DNA of 64,000 bases from Catajapyx aquilonaris. Taxonomy: Eukaryota. The stretch spans positions 1 to 64,000 of the forward strand of contig JYFJ02001206.1 in the NCBI GenBank assembly GCA_000934665.2. The letters are read 5' to 3'. How positions within the stretch are numbered: position 1 is the first letter of the stretch; each line of letters starts with the position of its first letter. Below the pieces are notes generated by a model. It had not been told where the DNA came from. It saw nothing but the letters and a program-made list of their open reading frames with translations, and made no database searches. The position numbers and the translations under genes are program-made. Positions 36,959-51,500 of this stretch are shown one piece after another.

Positions 36959-38652
36959 ATGCATCTTCTCCCAAGATGTTCCTTGTTCAGCATCATATAC
37001 GTAGTCATTACACTTGTAATGTTACAAGTTACTCGTGGTATGCCTGATGATTGGACACAACGTCCAAACAAAAACGACGCCTACCTTTTGAGTAATTCTT
37101 CGTTGGCCTGGGAGGATGCCAGACGCACATGCAGATCTCTCGGTGGTGAACTTTTGACAATTAAGTCTGTCAAGGAGAGGGTAAGCTTAGCCATTCATTC
37201 GCTTGTGATTTTTGTACATGCCATTGTTGCAGAAATGGTTAGAGGGGCAGTTTGGAGAACTTACGACCAAGTGGTGGTGGATAGGAGTGAATGACTTTGA
37301 CGTAGAAGGAGAATGGAAATGGGTCGATGGAAGTTCTGTGAATGACATTGTTATGTAAGTTACATTGCATCATGTGGTAATTTGAAAACATATTTGAAAT
37401 TGTTCTCCCATTTTGTTACAGTCAGTGGGCTACCACACAGCCTAATCATGGCGAACAATATGGCGAAATATGTGCCCAATATAGCAACGAATCGAAAGGT
37501 CTGTCTGATGTGCTTTGTAAGGAACTCAGATGCTCATTATGCAGAAATGGTACAGTAAATATAATATAAGTTAGTAAAATTACCAGCTAATATTGGCCAT
37601 TATTTTAGCTAAGGACAATATGCCATACTGGAATGAACGGCTACTTTCATGGCATGACGCTTATGAGACATGTACAAGTGCAAAAAATAAAAATTCGCAT
37701 TTGTACTGGATTACTACCTCAGAGGACATGGTACGAAATATTTTCTAACTATTATCACTGTTGGCTTAATTGAATATTTTGTTTCAGGAAAAACTCACGG
37801 AACTGGCTATAAACCAGCGAAACACAAACTGCAGCGAATTCTGGATCGGCCTCAAAAGAATTAAGTCTCAGTGGAAATGGACCAATGAAGATCGTTCCCT
37901 GATGAATCCAAAAATTGCGTAAGTATTTTAATTCAGACACTGAAAAAAATTAATCCCTATTCATTATTAGGAAATGGGAACCTGGGAAGCCTGAAGAGAC
38001 CACACAGGAGCACTGTGCTGCTCTGAGTGGCAAAGGACTGTTGCACGACTACGCTTGCTATATCAACCTTCCTTTCATTTGCAAGAAGAAAATTCGACAA
38101 ATATTGCCCACTACAGGTTGGTAAACATGAACAATATTTATTAATATGACTCAAAAAAATTTAATTTAGAAAACGATGGAACCACGGAATCTACTCGAGT
38201 TGATTCTACTGGTGTGAAGACATCAGACGCATCTGACACAACGGAATTCTCGTCGTCTCTGACCAACACAGAGTTGCCGAAGAACCTACCAACAATGTCG
38301 GATCAAGATTTCAATTTAGTTACCTACATTGCGCTTGGAAGTTTAATCCTACTTGTAGTTCTGCTTGTAAGTGTTTCTCTAATAGGTTGGATGAACACAA
38401 ACTACAATCATGTACAAAATTTATATTGTGAATTTTGGCATCCAAAAAATGTCATTAAAATTATTTACATAGAGTTGATCCAATCAGCTCTGTGGCACTA
38501 ATTTATTTTCCTAATTACTAATTAGCTTATAATTTTGCGCTAATCACTCTACTTCGCAGGTTGGGAAGTTATTAGCACCTCGATTCAGAAATTATTTCCG
38601 GACGGATTACAGAAGAGGCTCTAGTGATGAAGGACCACTGCAACAAATGTAA
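36959..38652 (+). CDS. C-type lectin receptor L1: SP, 2 CTLDs, stalk, TM, short (~25 aa) tail
   Basis: 8 exons from 36959-37180 to 38560-38652. WEDARRTC, WWIGVND, QPN, FWIGL, FICKK; TM YIALGSLILLVVLL|VGKLL. Confidence 0.82.
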
Positions 38653-38845
38653 TATCTGTCATGAATAAAAAGGAATTACTCTCACGTCCTTTGTTACCAT
38701 TCTCAATAAAACCCTGATAATGATTAATTAGATTAAGCTTATGTTCTTTTGTTCTAAGTTTTTTCCACACAGTCAGTAATTTCAAGGTCAAGTAACACCT
38801 TACTACTGCCTGTAACCTTCTGTAACATACTGTTCATCCAACTAT

Positions 38846-38925
38846 ACAGGTAAATACGAGGTAAATCCGAGGTAAATCCGAGGTAAATCCGAGGCAAATT
38901 CGAGGTAACTACGAGGTAAATACGT
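38846..38925. repeat. 10-bp tandem repeat (GAGGTAAATCC-like) x7
   Basis: Directly visible. Confidence 0.8.
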
Positions 38926-39322
38926 AGCTACAAAGCTGTACGTCAACGAAACCCTACAAAACATTGCAAGATTGTTAAATTCGAATCACGTGACAGACTC
39001 ATGCCCACCTTTTCCATGTATAAAACCAGCTTCTGTATGCAGTAAGAAGGTCATAACTTTAGCAAACAAAAACAGCCTTTATCAATCCTGAAGGTGATAT
39101 TCAGTGCACAAAGTCAAGTGGAATATTCTTTAGATTACACTTCGCATATCGACCCGCACGCCATGGCAACAACAGCGTCTTAAGGTAGCTGATGGACTCT
39201 CACACTATCTCCGACAAAAATAGTGCGGGACATTTATGTGCTTAAAGTGATGCACAATAGTCTGCATTGAGTGGTGACAAATAATGACGACCCAGAGGAT
39301 GATGACTTTTCCCTGAAAGACA

Positions 39323-41106
39323 ATGACTGAGACAGTGTGGGCAATCTTCTCACTGACACTCATCATAATCAGTAAGTATCATTGTGTCAAAAAATAATTA
39401 GATGAAAATCATTTCAATAGTAACACACACGTCTAATATGGCATCATTATGTCCTGAACAAGGTGAGTTAGAGTGTGCTTACTATGAGGATTTACATGGC
39501 TGGATAGCCCGACCCAGCACCAACGAATCGTACATCTTCCTCAACACCACTCTTTCATGGAACGATGCAAGTAGGTCCTGCTATGGTATGAGCGCTGAAC
39601 TCGTGGTCATTCGGGACGAACATGAGAAGGTACAGTACGCTCAATATTTACCTACATTATCGTGCAAAACTAAACAAATTGTTGGCAGGAATGGCTAGAT
39701 GGCGCATTAGAAACGACCACAAATGATGATGGTTGGTGGATCGGAATGGTGAAGACCACTGAAAGAAGCTGGAGATGGGTGGACGGATTTCCTGTCCATG
39801 GTCCTCATTTGTGAGTGCATCAAATGGGACAGTTGCTCCAACCTTTAAATGTATTAACTTTACAGAAAGAAATGGATGGAGGACAAACCAACTGAGGAAA
39901 AACAGCGAGAGTGTGCAGAATTCACCAAAAATATCACAATCAACTCTGTTCCTTGCAACCACCACAAATGTTTCATCTGCTACAATGGTGAGCATTGGAA
40001 ATCTGTCTTTTATCCCATTGTTACACTATGTTGCATTTCAGAATCATCTGGACTGAACAACCTGCCAAATCCATTTTCGTACGATTCATTTGAGTTCCAC
40101 TCAGAACCAGTCACTTGGAAAAAAGCAAAGGAGAAGTGCAAGAAAAAATCATGGTCATTGCTTCAGATTCATGACAACAAGAAAAAGGTAGGCTACAGCA
40201 GGCTGCTGGTAAGTCGGATGTATGTAATGCAATATGTTGTGTATGGCAATATTTCTTATTCAGGGTATAGTGAACTATTACTTGTTGTATGACGAGAGCA
40301 GTTGCAAGTCGTGGTGGGTAGGACTGCTAGGGAAGGATTCAAAGTGGACATGGTTGGACAAGACAGCTTTGAACACAAGTACCATGTAAGCATACAGGAA
40401 CATGCTGTGCAGTTTTATTAAGTGGACAATAACTATCACAATTTATGCTTAGTCCTTGGGAAAACTCATCAAACAGCATCACTGAAGCAGGGTCATGTGT
40501 CCAGATCAACCAGGGATTCCTAAGAGAGTTTCAGTGTGATCAAAAGTTAGCTTACATTTGCAAGAAGTTTTTATACAGGCCATACAACGTGGTGCTCGCA
40601 GCTCCTAATGTCTGTTTAATAATTGGTGAGTTAACCATTAATTCCTTGATTTTTCAGTAATTTTACAGGCTCTCCTTTTCAGATAACTACGACTGCTCAT
40701 GGTCCACAATCCTAATAATATTGGGCTTGGTTGCTGGAGTCCTCGTAATCTTGGTAATGTTAATCTATCCCACACAGGATCAACCACATTAAACTAATTT
40801 CCTTGAATTCAGATAGTGATAGTGTGTTGCTGCTGCTTCAAACGCCGAAGAAATACATCGGGTCCTAGGGTGCACTTTTACAGGCAAATGTCAAGGGTTG
40901 ACCAACACATTCCGCCGGGCACCTTGAATCACAGAACTAGCCGTCCCATATCACCGAACCAGCATGTCAGTGATGAAGCCAATGGACCTTCATTTTCCGT
41001 ATCCCATGACAATACTGCCAATTGGGTGAATAGTCATCCACAGCCGATGAATGACAATGCCAGTGAAACTGTTTCAAGTGTGCACTATTATGAAGATGTG
41101 GTGTAG
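39323..41106 (+). CDS. C-type lectin receptor L2: SP, 2 CTLDs, TM, CCCC juxtamembrane, tail ending HYYEDVV
   Basis: Exon 1 is 39323-39371; WNDASRSC, WWIGM, WKKAKEKC, WWVGL, YICKK; last exon 40813-41106. Confidence 0.82.
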
Positions 41107-41950
41107 CAGGACAGCAATATCTCGAATAATGGATACTTACGGCCCAGTCGTGAACGTGAATCGCAAGCCCAGTGGGAAGTTTAGTGCTAACAGTTTTGTA
41201 GAATATACACTCCAAAAAATAATATCATTATTTCTTGCTCATACAAATGTCAATAATATGGGGGGTACTGACAAGACAACAGTGTACACTAAAACTCGCT
41301 AAAACTGGTCAATATGCCACCGTTCATCATAATCGAACAAAATAATTATACGACTTTTGCTATTAAATCTTCTAACATAAATTGCAATATTGTTTGACTG
41401 CAATTGCGAGGGATTTTCCCGCACGTTATCATAATCTCAAAAAAAAAAATTGCAACGTTCGCGACAAGTCCTCCCTCTCTCGGCAGAAAGATTTACGAAA
41501 TCGTCCTTGCTTTATTATTTTTCACCTCGATAAAATCACAAAGGAACACAAGGCACGTTATCATTATTCTTATACTCAAGAAGGAAAAAAAGGAGGAAAG
41601 TAATTTTCTTAGAAGCGGAACTGTCTCAACCAATGGTGACTATGAAACTTGATAACAAACGAGAAAGTTTTGTCCTTATCATTTTGAATCCTGATTACTT
41701 TGATGGCCGTCCCCCGGTATTAATAACTACTTGAAAATAACTACAAAATCCAACACTATAGAGTAGCAGTTACTATACCATGATTGTAACGGATACCATT
41801 TAGAAGGATAACAACCTGTCTCATTGATATTGGGTGTCAAAGAATAGTAGCCTTCATGATTATGCAGAGAGTGGTTTATCGTTGTCAATAATTGTAAACA
41901 AAGCAGTACTACATAATTTACATATTTTTGTTGGGTTCATCACGAGCAGT

Positions 41951-43857
41951 TCAACGACGGTCAGGAATGAGATAGCCACCCTCTTCAGCAGGACGTGATA
42001 TGTTCTGGTATTCACCTGCTTCTGGGACGCGTCTACGTCCTCCCATCTGGTCAGCGTACTCATAATCATGCACCGTTGCATAATAAGGTACCTGATCACT
42101 CTGAGCAACTGGTTTTCCACAGGACACTGTTGAATTGTGGTCTCCTGCCGATCCAGCAAGGTGCAATGCTGAACTAGCTTCTTGGTGACATTTGCTGAGA
42201 TCTCCACCTTCTGGCGGATATTTTCTGCTCAAATGGTTTCTGCAGTGTTTGTACAAGCTCCAAGCGACAACCAACTGTAATGTACAACAAAGGTGTAAGA
42301 GCGTAGCAGTAACTTATCTTTATGACACAATGATGCTAACCAGCAATAAGAGAGACTCCACCACTAGTGCTGCGATTAGTGTGCTGTACATCGCTCCACA
42401 CTCGTCCTTAGAGACAGGTGTCAATGGTGGTACTATAAATGAATCAAATAATAATTTGCTGTGGTGCATAGCAATCGATATGACAGAATGAGTGACAAAC
42501 CATGAATGTCGCACTCTGTCGTTTCCAACTTTTCGCATATGAACGGCCTCTCATCTGAACATGGATATGCATTCAGTTCTCCTTGCACAAGTTCAGCGCA
42601 GGCATCCTCAACTGCTATACCATTAGGTTCACCATTTGACCACTGCCTAGAATGCATGAAGAAAGTAGCAATGCCATTCTGTTGTCGTCTGAAGCCACCA
42701 AAAAGAAACTCACAAAACAGTTTCGTTCAGAAATTCTTCGTTAGTCCATTTCCAATAATTGGTTGACCCATATCTTTCGAGTCCGATCCACCAACTAAGA
42801 CATGTTCCTCCCCCACTTGATGTTATGATTTTCATAAGACCCTGCACATATACATTAGACCAAAGGAAAGGAAGTTACATAAAACTCCAAAGACCACCAG
42901 GTAATGGGGAACACTGAGAAATAACTTGAACTGGAATTAAAACTGGTTGTAATAATTAGTTACCGCTTCGAATTCCGTCGTGACAATGGCCAGCGACATT
43001 CCTCTTGACTCACATTCTCTTCGGGATTCATGCCATGACAACCTCTTTTCAGACGGGATGTACGCCAAGGACTGGGTTGTACCTGAAGCAGTGCCTTAAG
43101 AATTGGTACTTTGAGTGGACTATTTAGCAAGATCTAATTGCAAAATGTTACTTACTTGTTTCGCAAATGGAGCATAACTCTGCCTGACATCCACGATCAC
43201 TCAGGCGATTGTTGCTTTTGTCATATTGTACGCAGTCTTGTCTAGAATTTCCACGACTTGAATTTCTAGCTCTCTGGTTGCTAAAAATATTTGAAATAAA
43301 AAAATACGTTGTACAGAGGCCTACGTGTCCGAGTTATTGTTATTAAAATGGCTGAAATCACCACTGAAGACACTAGATGCCACGAATTGTTTGTTCAGTA
43401 CTAATTTATTGCAATACTCACGATATGCTTGTATGCAGATCAGTTCCGCTGATCCATTGCCAGTGGCCATCAGGATCTTCGAACAATCCAACAGCCCATC
43501 CAGTACGGCCAATAACTGTTGCTATCCAAGACTGCCAATGTGAAACAACAGTGTCAGTACCTAACCACGCCCATCAAAAGTACGAAATGCATACTTGCTC
43601 TTCTCGTGAACTAATTTCCATAAGGTCGCCACCCTTCTCTTGACAGTATTTTCTTGCCAAAAACCACTGCATCCTATTGATGTTGAACTGGTAACTGCTA
43701 CAGGAGTTCGGTAGTCTTATCCATTCAGGACTAAACATTTGCAGAGTGACTGCAACTATTCGAAATTATCTTTTCATCTTAGTATAATCCGGGTTGGTGT
43801 ACTGTACTTACCACTTAAATTAAGGAGAGTCAGTGTGAGGATAGCACAGCCCTTCAT
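41951..43857 (-). CDS. C-type lectin receptor L3: SP, 2 CTLDs (EPN in the second), TM containing Glu, tail YYATV/YEY/YQNI/YLIP
   Basis: 9 exons splice in frame from MKGCAILTLTLLNLSG (43857-43812) to LVVAWSLYK...DRR (ends 41951). Confidence 0.85.
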
Positions 43858-43869
43858 AGCCTTCACTCT

Positions 43870-44035
43870 CCCTACGTGAGTTATATAAACACATGTTTTT
43901 CCACAGGATTTCGAGCGATATTGACCGGATATACGTACCGTTTCACTTGCGGTTTTCCTCCTGGTGCATGGCGTCAACGTCTTCCGGTGAATGGGAAGTT
44001 ACATTTGATTTAAAAATTTAAAAAATCAGCAAAGG
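43870..44035 (-). promoter_or_regulatory. L3 promoter module (TATA, RUNX-like TGCGGT, ETS-like CCGGAAG), with copies at about 47965-48190 and 52280-52467
   Basis: TTTATATAA (minus strand) about 25 bp upstream of the L3 ATG. Clear three-way similarity around GGTGCRTGGCGTY...TTCCGG.GA.ATGGGAAGTT.CATTTGATT. Confidence 0.6.
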
Positions 44036-44315
44036 TTGCCTATTGACACATAATAAATTGTACAACCTCCAGAGTTAATTATTATTTAGCACTGTTGATT
44101 GTAAAATGCACAAATCAATAGTTAAGCGCGAGAAAAAAATAATTTATTGGCATGTTCCACAATTGACAAGAATGACACTTTTGCAGGGAAGTCACCTGCG
44201 TCGCCCCAGACTGGCGGTGTCGTGATACACATATTTTTTAGAGGACCGTCACTGACCATATTGCGGATACTACAGCCCTACCTTCAGCGTATGCAGGCCT
44301 TTCCGCAGATACACG

Positions 44316-47300
44316 CTAGGAGAGTAGGTCAAAGTACTGGCGCGGATTAATAGGCGGCCGCGATCGCGGCCAGCCGCGGCCGATGATACGGTGGTGTGTG
44401 TTCCGGAAACTCGCACTGCTAGCATTCTCCATGATCGGACCTGGAAGAACAGGCACACCGCCATCTGGAATATGGTTCTCATGGGTCACTGAAACTTCTT
44501 CCTGATGGTCCGGACGACAACGCAGGTCGTCGTTGCTGCTGTTGGGTTGTTGTTGTTTGTCATATTTGGTTTGACTGTATCGGACCTCGCCATTGTTGGG
44601 GCACTTCATGGTGTCCACCACCGGGTGTCTCTCTGGGCGACGGCGATGGCAGCACCACACTGTCACGCAGATCTGAAGTTGAGCACACCACGTGACGTTG
44701 TCGTGAGAAAATAACGACTCATGACAACGACTGTAAAAGTGGGTTCATGCTACCAACCACAAGAATGGCACGTTGGAGGTAGGAGCATTGTGTCAGAAGA
44801 GGTGCTTACCATCAGTAAGAGACAGACCACTGCTAGTGCCGTGATCAACGATATGTTGATGATGAAGCAAGGCCCAGACAAGAACGACGTATCTTGGTCT
44901 GCTAAACACAAATTGTTCAGTTTATGTATAGGTAAGTGACACTTAACTAGTTGACAAACCATGGCGGTCGTGATCGTGTGTCTCCTCATCGGTGTCAGTG
45001 TCAGAATCACCAGTACTTTCAATAATGGTTTCCACATTTGTGGTTGTAGCTTCGGTAACTATCTTTTCGCATATGAATGGCATTGAGTGAGAGCAAGGGT
45101 AGTCGTCAAATTGTCCTACAGACAACTGAACGCAGTCTTCCTTTTGCCTCAGACCATTCGGCTCACCTCTAGACCACCCCCTGTTTAATATCAAAAAAAT
45201 AATATCAAATTTAATCTGCCCCACCAGACAGTTCTAACCACAGGCCTAAGGACTGCTGGCAAGTACCACTGTTAAAATGTGAGATTCAGTTAGGAAGAAG
45301 CAATTCACATAGTGTAGTGCTGATGACTTACAAAATTGTTTCATCCAGAAAATCTTGGTTAATCCACTTCCATTTGGTGGATTCGTGCCGTTCGAGTCCA
45401 ACCCACCATTCCTGGCAACTATCTGTGTTGTTTGCTATCACATTTCTGAGCATATCCTGTGGGCAAAATGCAGTGGTTAAGTGTAACACTTGATGATATA
45501 AATCATACTCTATGAGTCTATGTCTTTAAAAAGTTCCGGTCAAGCGTATCCATGTTTGCTATACCAGCACCAGAACTCGAGCAAGTGGTTGTACTTGTAT
45601 AGCGCCAAGAGTGGTTTGCCCTAAATATATTGTGACATCCAGTGTTATACCGCTTCATCCTTGGAAGTGACAGTGGCCAGGGACAATCCTTCGGCCTCGC
45701 AGGTTCTGTACGCTTCATACCACGACAGTGTCCTCGTTGACGGCTCGTACGATACTGATCCATTAGTTCCTCCTGAATTCAATTGCACCATGAGAATAGC
45801 ATATGGATTACAAAAATGGTGACATACGTGACTGGCACATGTAGCATAGAACTGTCTGACACCTCCTGTCGTTGAGGCCTTGATTAGATCTGTCAACTTC
45901 ACCACAATCTGCAAAGTCATTTCCATTGTTGGGTTGGCCCTCCCTCCAGGTTCTGAAATATTGTCGTGTATTGGATTGTTTTATTTAGATGGAAAGCAAT
46001 TTGTCACAGTTTATGACTCACGCTATACTGTCATCCAGCTTCCTTCTGCTTGTCCATAGCCACTGCCCCTCTACTTCAGAATCGGTCAATCCAATAGCCC
46101 ATCCCTTCGTGTCGTTTATTCCAATCACACCAATTATCCAGGTCTGACAGGAATGTTCATCAAACATCAAAATTAATATTCAAAGATTCAATTAAAATTT
46201 ACTACCTTCTCTTCCTGTGAATCAATTGCAAGCAGGTCACCTCCTCTTGACCTGCAATATTCCATGGCCGATACCCACGGAATGTGATTCTCGTTGAATA
46301 TGTAACTGCTGGACGAGTCGTTTCGAACCAGCCATAATTCAGGGTTATTGATAGTTGTGGACTCCGATGTGATGAACAGTTCGGTGGTCGACAGCAGCGT
46401 CTCCGTGGTTGTTGGCAGTGTTGTTGTTGTTGTGGGCGGAGGGGTCGTAGTCGTAGTCGTAGTCGTAGTCGTAGTCGTAGTCGTAGTCGCATTCGTCGTT
46501 GTAGTTGTAACTAATATCAAAGGAATTCAAACAATGCATCATCAATAATATCATATCATGCTGTAATACTCACTTGTCTCGCAACGAATACCATCCGCTG
46601 TAAGTCGCTGTCCTTCTGGACATGCGCAGACGGGGACAGTACCGTTGGTTGATGGGTCAGGACGGGGCAGGCACAGATAAGCGCAATTACAGGTGAAGTT
46701 TGTGGTCATCTGCCTTTCTTTTGAAATGACTCTCAGATGGTTTACATCCTGCAAGTGAACCACATTATACTTTCTGCGGCAAATATGTTACACCCTGTAT
46801 TCACAACGGTTACCGGTATGTCCACGACATTTTCTACCACTGGATTGTCCTGGCAGAACCGGTAAATCTGGGTGCCAACAGACACAAAGACCAGCCCGTC
46901 CACCACGGCCAGTCCCGTGGCGCCTATGAACTCTGACCCCTCCGACCCAACGATCTGGTGCTGTGACCCATCCGACCAGGAATAGTACGCGACATGTCCG
47001 TCCATCTCCACCCAAACCAGCGCTCCTCTTTGAGCATCGAAGGAGAGGACAGTTGCAGTACTACCCTCGCCAAGGTCCACCACCTCCTTGACCTCTGACC
47101 CATCCCCAGCTGCCCTCCATATTCCGTTTCCGGCTGTCCAGAAGAGCCAGCCGCCAATCGAGTCCACCACAAGGCCATGTGACGATCCTGGCAGACCCTC
47201 CAGAAGGGTCACGATACGTGACCCGTCCAAACTGGACACTGCCAGTGACCTTGACCCCGAGTCCTGTTGGATCCAGTACAAAAGGTCATGGCTTCTATCC

Positions 47301-47787
47301 AGGGCCAGGTCTGCGACCAGTTTGCTAGCGATTCGTACATTCCTGTATGTCGGTGGCCCATTACTGCCGAGACAATAATGTCGTTATCATAATGACCAAA
47401 GACAACGACGCTCGTGTGAACCCATCTTTACCTGAATATAGACTGGTTACGTCCGTCGCTGTACACAAAATACTGCTTCTCGGCATAGTAATCAAAAGTA
47501 GTAATGAAACCAACACTGACATTGAACAGAGGACCTAATTCATTACCACATCCTGTCAACTTCGTCACCTTCGTCTTTGTCCCGACCAGCAACGACAATT
47601 GGGATATCTCACTGTTCGCACACTGACCATCACTAGACAATGCCGGACACTCATTACCTGAAACAGAAGATGATTGATACAACCAAATCTCAACAACTCT
47701 GACAAAAAAGACCGGGTGAACCTCACCTTTGGTCCACAAAGCCACACACACAAGCTGTAACAACAGAAGATGGTACAGGTTGGCCAT
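44316..47787 (-). CDS. Chimeric receptor X1: SP, YWTD propeller, EGF, mucin, 2 CTLDs, TM, remodelled tail
   Basis: 12 exons splice in frame. Exons 1-4 match P2. Exon 5 (46510-46206) goes from poly-Thr directly into a CTLD. The remaining exons match L4. Stop at 44316. Confidence 0.85.
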
Positions 47788-48502
47788 GCTGAAAAATCAG
47801 AATAATGTACCAAATACGCATTGTGACAATGTGGAAAAAAATGTGTCGCAGTGATCATGGAGGAATTTGCAGATGAGGAAAGAGTGGTCAAGGCTCTTTC
47901 CTAATGATGTAGGCCTACATACCGTACCCTCCAAACTAAGCAGGGACCTTCATCGTCCTCACTGGGCCTACGTGATAGCAACATGTTTGTAACTAGCTAT
48001 ACACGTATTCATACGTTTTTCACCAAGGATATCGAGCGATATTGAGCGGATACAGGTGCCGTTTCAATCGCGGTTGTCCTCTTGGTGCGTGGCGTTGACG
48101 CTTTCCGGCAGATGGGAAGTTACATTTGATTACAACGTTTAACTATCAGCGAAGGTCCCAATCACGGACTAGGTATCTAAGGACTGTCCAACACTTCTCC
48201 TATCATAGCATTGGGACCATAAACACTTAAACAGGTTCCTTGTGTGTTTCCCCCATTAATCATATTTTCCAGGCCTGCTGGAATGTGTGGCATTGGAATT
48301 CTGGGAGGAGTCTCGTCCGGACATCAGCCAGTCGTACCCCTTCTGTAATTCTGTAACTGCTGCAGAAATGCACAAAGAAATAAGCGCGAGTGAAAATAAT
48401 TTATTGGCATGTTCAACAATTGACAAGAGTGACACTTTTGCAGGGAAGTCACCTGCATCTCCCCAGACTGGTTGCGTCGTAATAGTCATACTTTTCAGAG
48501 GA

Positions 48503-51500
48503 TTATACCTCCTGTTGGGGACAGTAGTTGGTGTACTGCCCACAGACACCGCCAACAGTCTGGTCCATTGAGATGGCCTCGTAGATCTCGGCATAGTCGC
48601 CACTGCCCGCATCCGATAACCTGGATCCTACAGGAGGGGACACCAGATTGGCCCTGCTGCTACCATTCCTCATGATCAGACCTGGAAGAACAGCCACAAC
48701 ACCAACTGGAACAATATGGTTCTCATAGGTCACTGAAGCTCTGTCCTGATGGTGCGGACGACAACGCAGGTCGTCGTTGCTCCTGTTGGGTTGTTGTTGG
48801 TTGCCAATTTTGGTTTGACTGTATCGGACCTCGTCCTCGTTGGGGCACTTCATGGTGTCCTCCACCGGGTGACTCTCTCGGCGGGGGGGATGGCAGCAAC
48901 ACGCCGTCAAACCGAACTGAAGTTGAGGACACAAAGTGTCGTTATCGACTGTAAAATTGGGTTCATGCTACGAACCACATAGATGACAACCCATGGAGCT
49001 AGGAACATTGTGTCAGGAGAGTTGCTTACCATCAGTAAGACACAGGCCAGTGCTAGTGCAGTGATCAACGACATGTTGACGATGAAGCATGGCCCAGAAA
49101 GGAACGACGCATCTTGGTGTGCTAAATACATTTAAAAAATTGTTGAGTTTATGTAGGTAAGTGACACTTAACTAGTTGACAAACCATGGTGGTGGTTGTT
49201 GCGTGTCTCTTCATCGGTGTTCGTGTCAGAATCATAAGAACTTTCAGGAGTGGGTTCCGCAGTTGAAACATTGGTGGTTATAGCTTCGGTAACTATTTTT
49301 TCGCATATGAATGGCCTTGGGTGAGAGCAAGGGTAGTCGTCAAAATCTCCTTCATACAATTGAACGCAGTCTTCCTTTTGCCTCAGACCATTCGGCTCAC
49401 CTCCAGACCACCCCCTGTTTAATATCACAAATTAATACCAATTTCACCTTACCCCACAAGACAGTTCTAGCAGTAGTGGCTACCACAGGCCTAAAGACTG
49501 TTGTTAAAGCCTTCCTAAGCAAATACCGGTACATAACGGTATACCATTGTTACAATGTAATATTCAGTTAGGAAGAAGCAATGATTCACATAGGGCTGAT
49601 CACTTACAAAATTGTTTCATCGAGAAACTTCTGGTTAGTCCACTTCCATTTGGTGGATTCGTGTCGTTCGAGTCCAACCCACCATTCCTGGCAACTATCT
49701 GTGTTGCTTGCTATCACCTTTCTGAGCATACCCTATGGGTAAAACGAAGTGGTTAAGTGTAACACTTGATGCTCTATGTCTTCCCGACCAAACGTATCCA
49801 TCTGCTACATGCCACCATCAGAACTCTAGCATGTGGTTGTATAGCGCCAGGAGAGGTTTGGCCAAAATTGTAACATCCAGTATTATACCGCTTCATTCTT
49901 GGAAATGACAGTGGCCAATGACAATCCTTCAGCCTGGCAGGTTTTGTACGCTTCATACCACGACAGTGTCCTTGTTGACGGCTCGTACGATACTGATCCA
50001 TTAGTTCCTCCTGAATTCAATAATAATGCACCATGAGAATAGCATATGGATTACAAAAATGGTGACTTACGTGATTGGCACATGTAGCATAGAACTGTCT
50101 GACACCTCCTGTCGTTGAGGCCTTGATTTGATCTGTCAACTTCACCACAATCTGCAAAGTCATTTCCATTGTTGGGTTGGCCCTCCCTCCAGGTTCTGAA
50201 ATATTGCCGTGTATTGGATTGTTTTACTATAGATGGAAAGCAATTTTTGTCACAGTTTATGACTCACGCTATGCTGTCATCCAGCTTCCTTCTGCTTGTC
50301 CATAGCCACTGCCCCTCTACTTCAGAATCGGTCAATCCAATAGCCCATCCCTTCGTGTCGTTTATTCCAATCACTCCGATTATCCAGGACTGACAGGAAT
50401 GTTCATCAAACATCAAAATTAATTCACAGATTGAATTAAATTTACTACCTTCTCTTCCTGTGAATCAATTTCAAGCAGGTCACCTCCTCTTGACCTGCAA
50501 TATTCCATGGCCGATACCCACGGAATGTGATTCTCGTTGAATGTGTAACTCCTGGACGAGTAGTTTCGAACCAGAGTTGTGGGCTCCGATGTGATGAACA
50601 GTTCGGTGGTTGTTGGCAGCGTTGTTGTTGTGGGCTGAGTCGTAGTCGTCGTTGTTGTTGTAACTAATATTAAAGGCATTCAAATCATGCATCATTTCAT
50701 ATCATGCTGTAATGCTCACATATTTCGCAACTAAAACCATCCGCTGTAAGTCGCTGTCCTTTTGGGCATGCGCAGACGGGGACAGTACCGTTGGTTGATG
50801 GGTCAGGACGGGGCAGGCACAGATATGTGCAATTGCAGGCGAAGTTTGTGGTGACCTGCCTTTTATTTGAAATGACTCTCAGATGGTCTACATCCTGCAA
50901 GTTAACCACATTATACTTTCTGCTGCAAATATGTTACACCTTGTATCCACAACGGTTACCGGTATGTCCACAACATTTTCTACCACTGGATTGTCCTGGC
51001 AGAACCGGTAAATCTGGGTGCCAACAGACACAAAGACCAGGCCATCTGCCACGGCCAGTCCCCTGGCGCCTATGAACTTTGACCCCTCCGACCCAACGAT
51101 CTGGTGCTGTGACCCATCCGACCAGGAATAGTACGCGACATGTCCGTCCATCTCCACCCAAATCAGCTCTCCTCTTTGGGCATCGAAGGAGAGGGCTGTT
51201 GCAGTACGACCCACGCCGAGGTCTACCACCTCCTTGACCTCTGACCCATCCGCAGCTGCCCTCCATATTCCGTTTCCGGCTGTCCAGAAGAGCCAGCCGC
51301 GAACAGAGTCAACGACAAGGCCATGTGACGATCCGGGCAGACCCTCCATAAGAGTCACGGTTCGCGAACCGTCCAAACTGGACACTTCGAGTGACCTCGA
51401 CCCAGAGCCCTGATGGGTCCAGTACAAAAGGTCATGGCTGTTATACAGGGCCAGGTCTTCTACCATTTTGCTAGCGATTCGTATCTTCCTGTATGTCGGT

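Noticed and set aside
38846..38925. CRISPR-like array (also 5498-5615, 13200-13305)
   Set aside because: Simple tandem repeats without unique spacers, in eukaryotic DNA.
41410..41419. NF-kB-like site GGGATTTTCC (similar at 11317, 22992, 31806)
   Set aside because: Isolated short matches expected by chance; not conserved between paralogs, and this one lies between convergent 3' ends.
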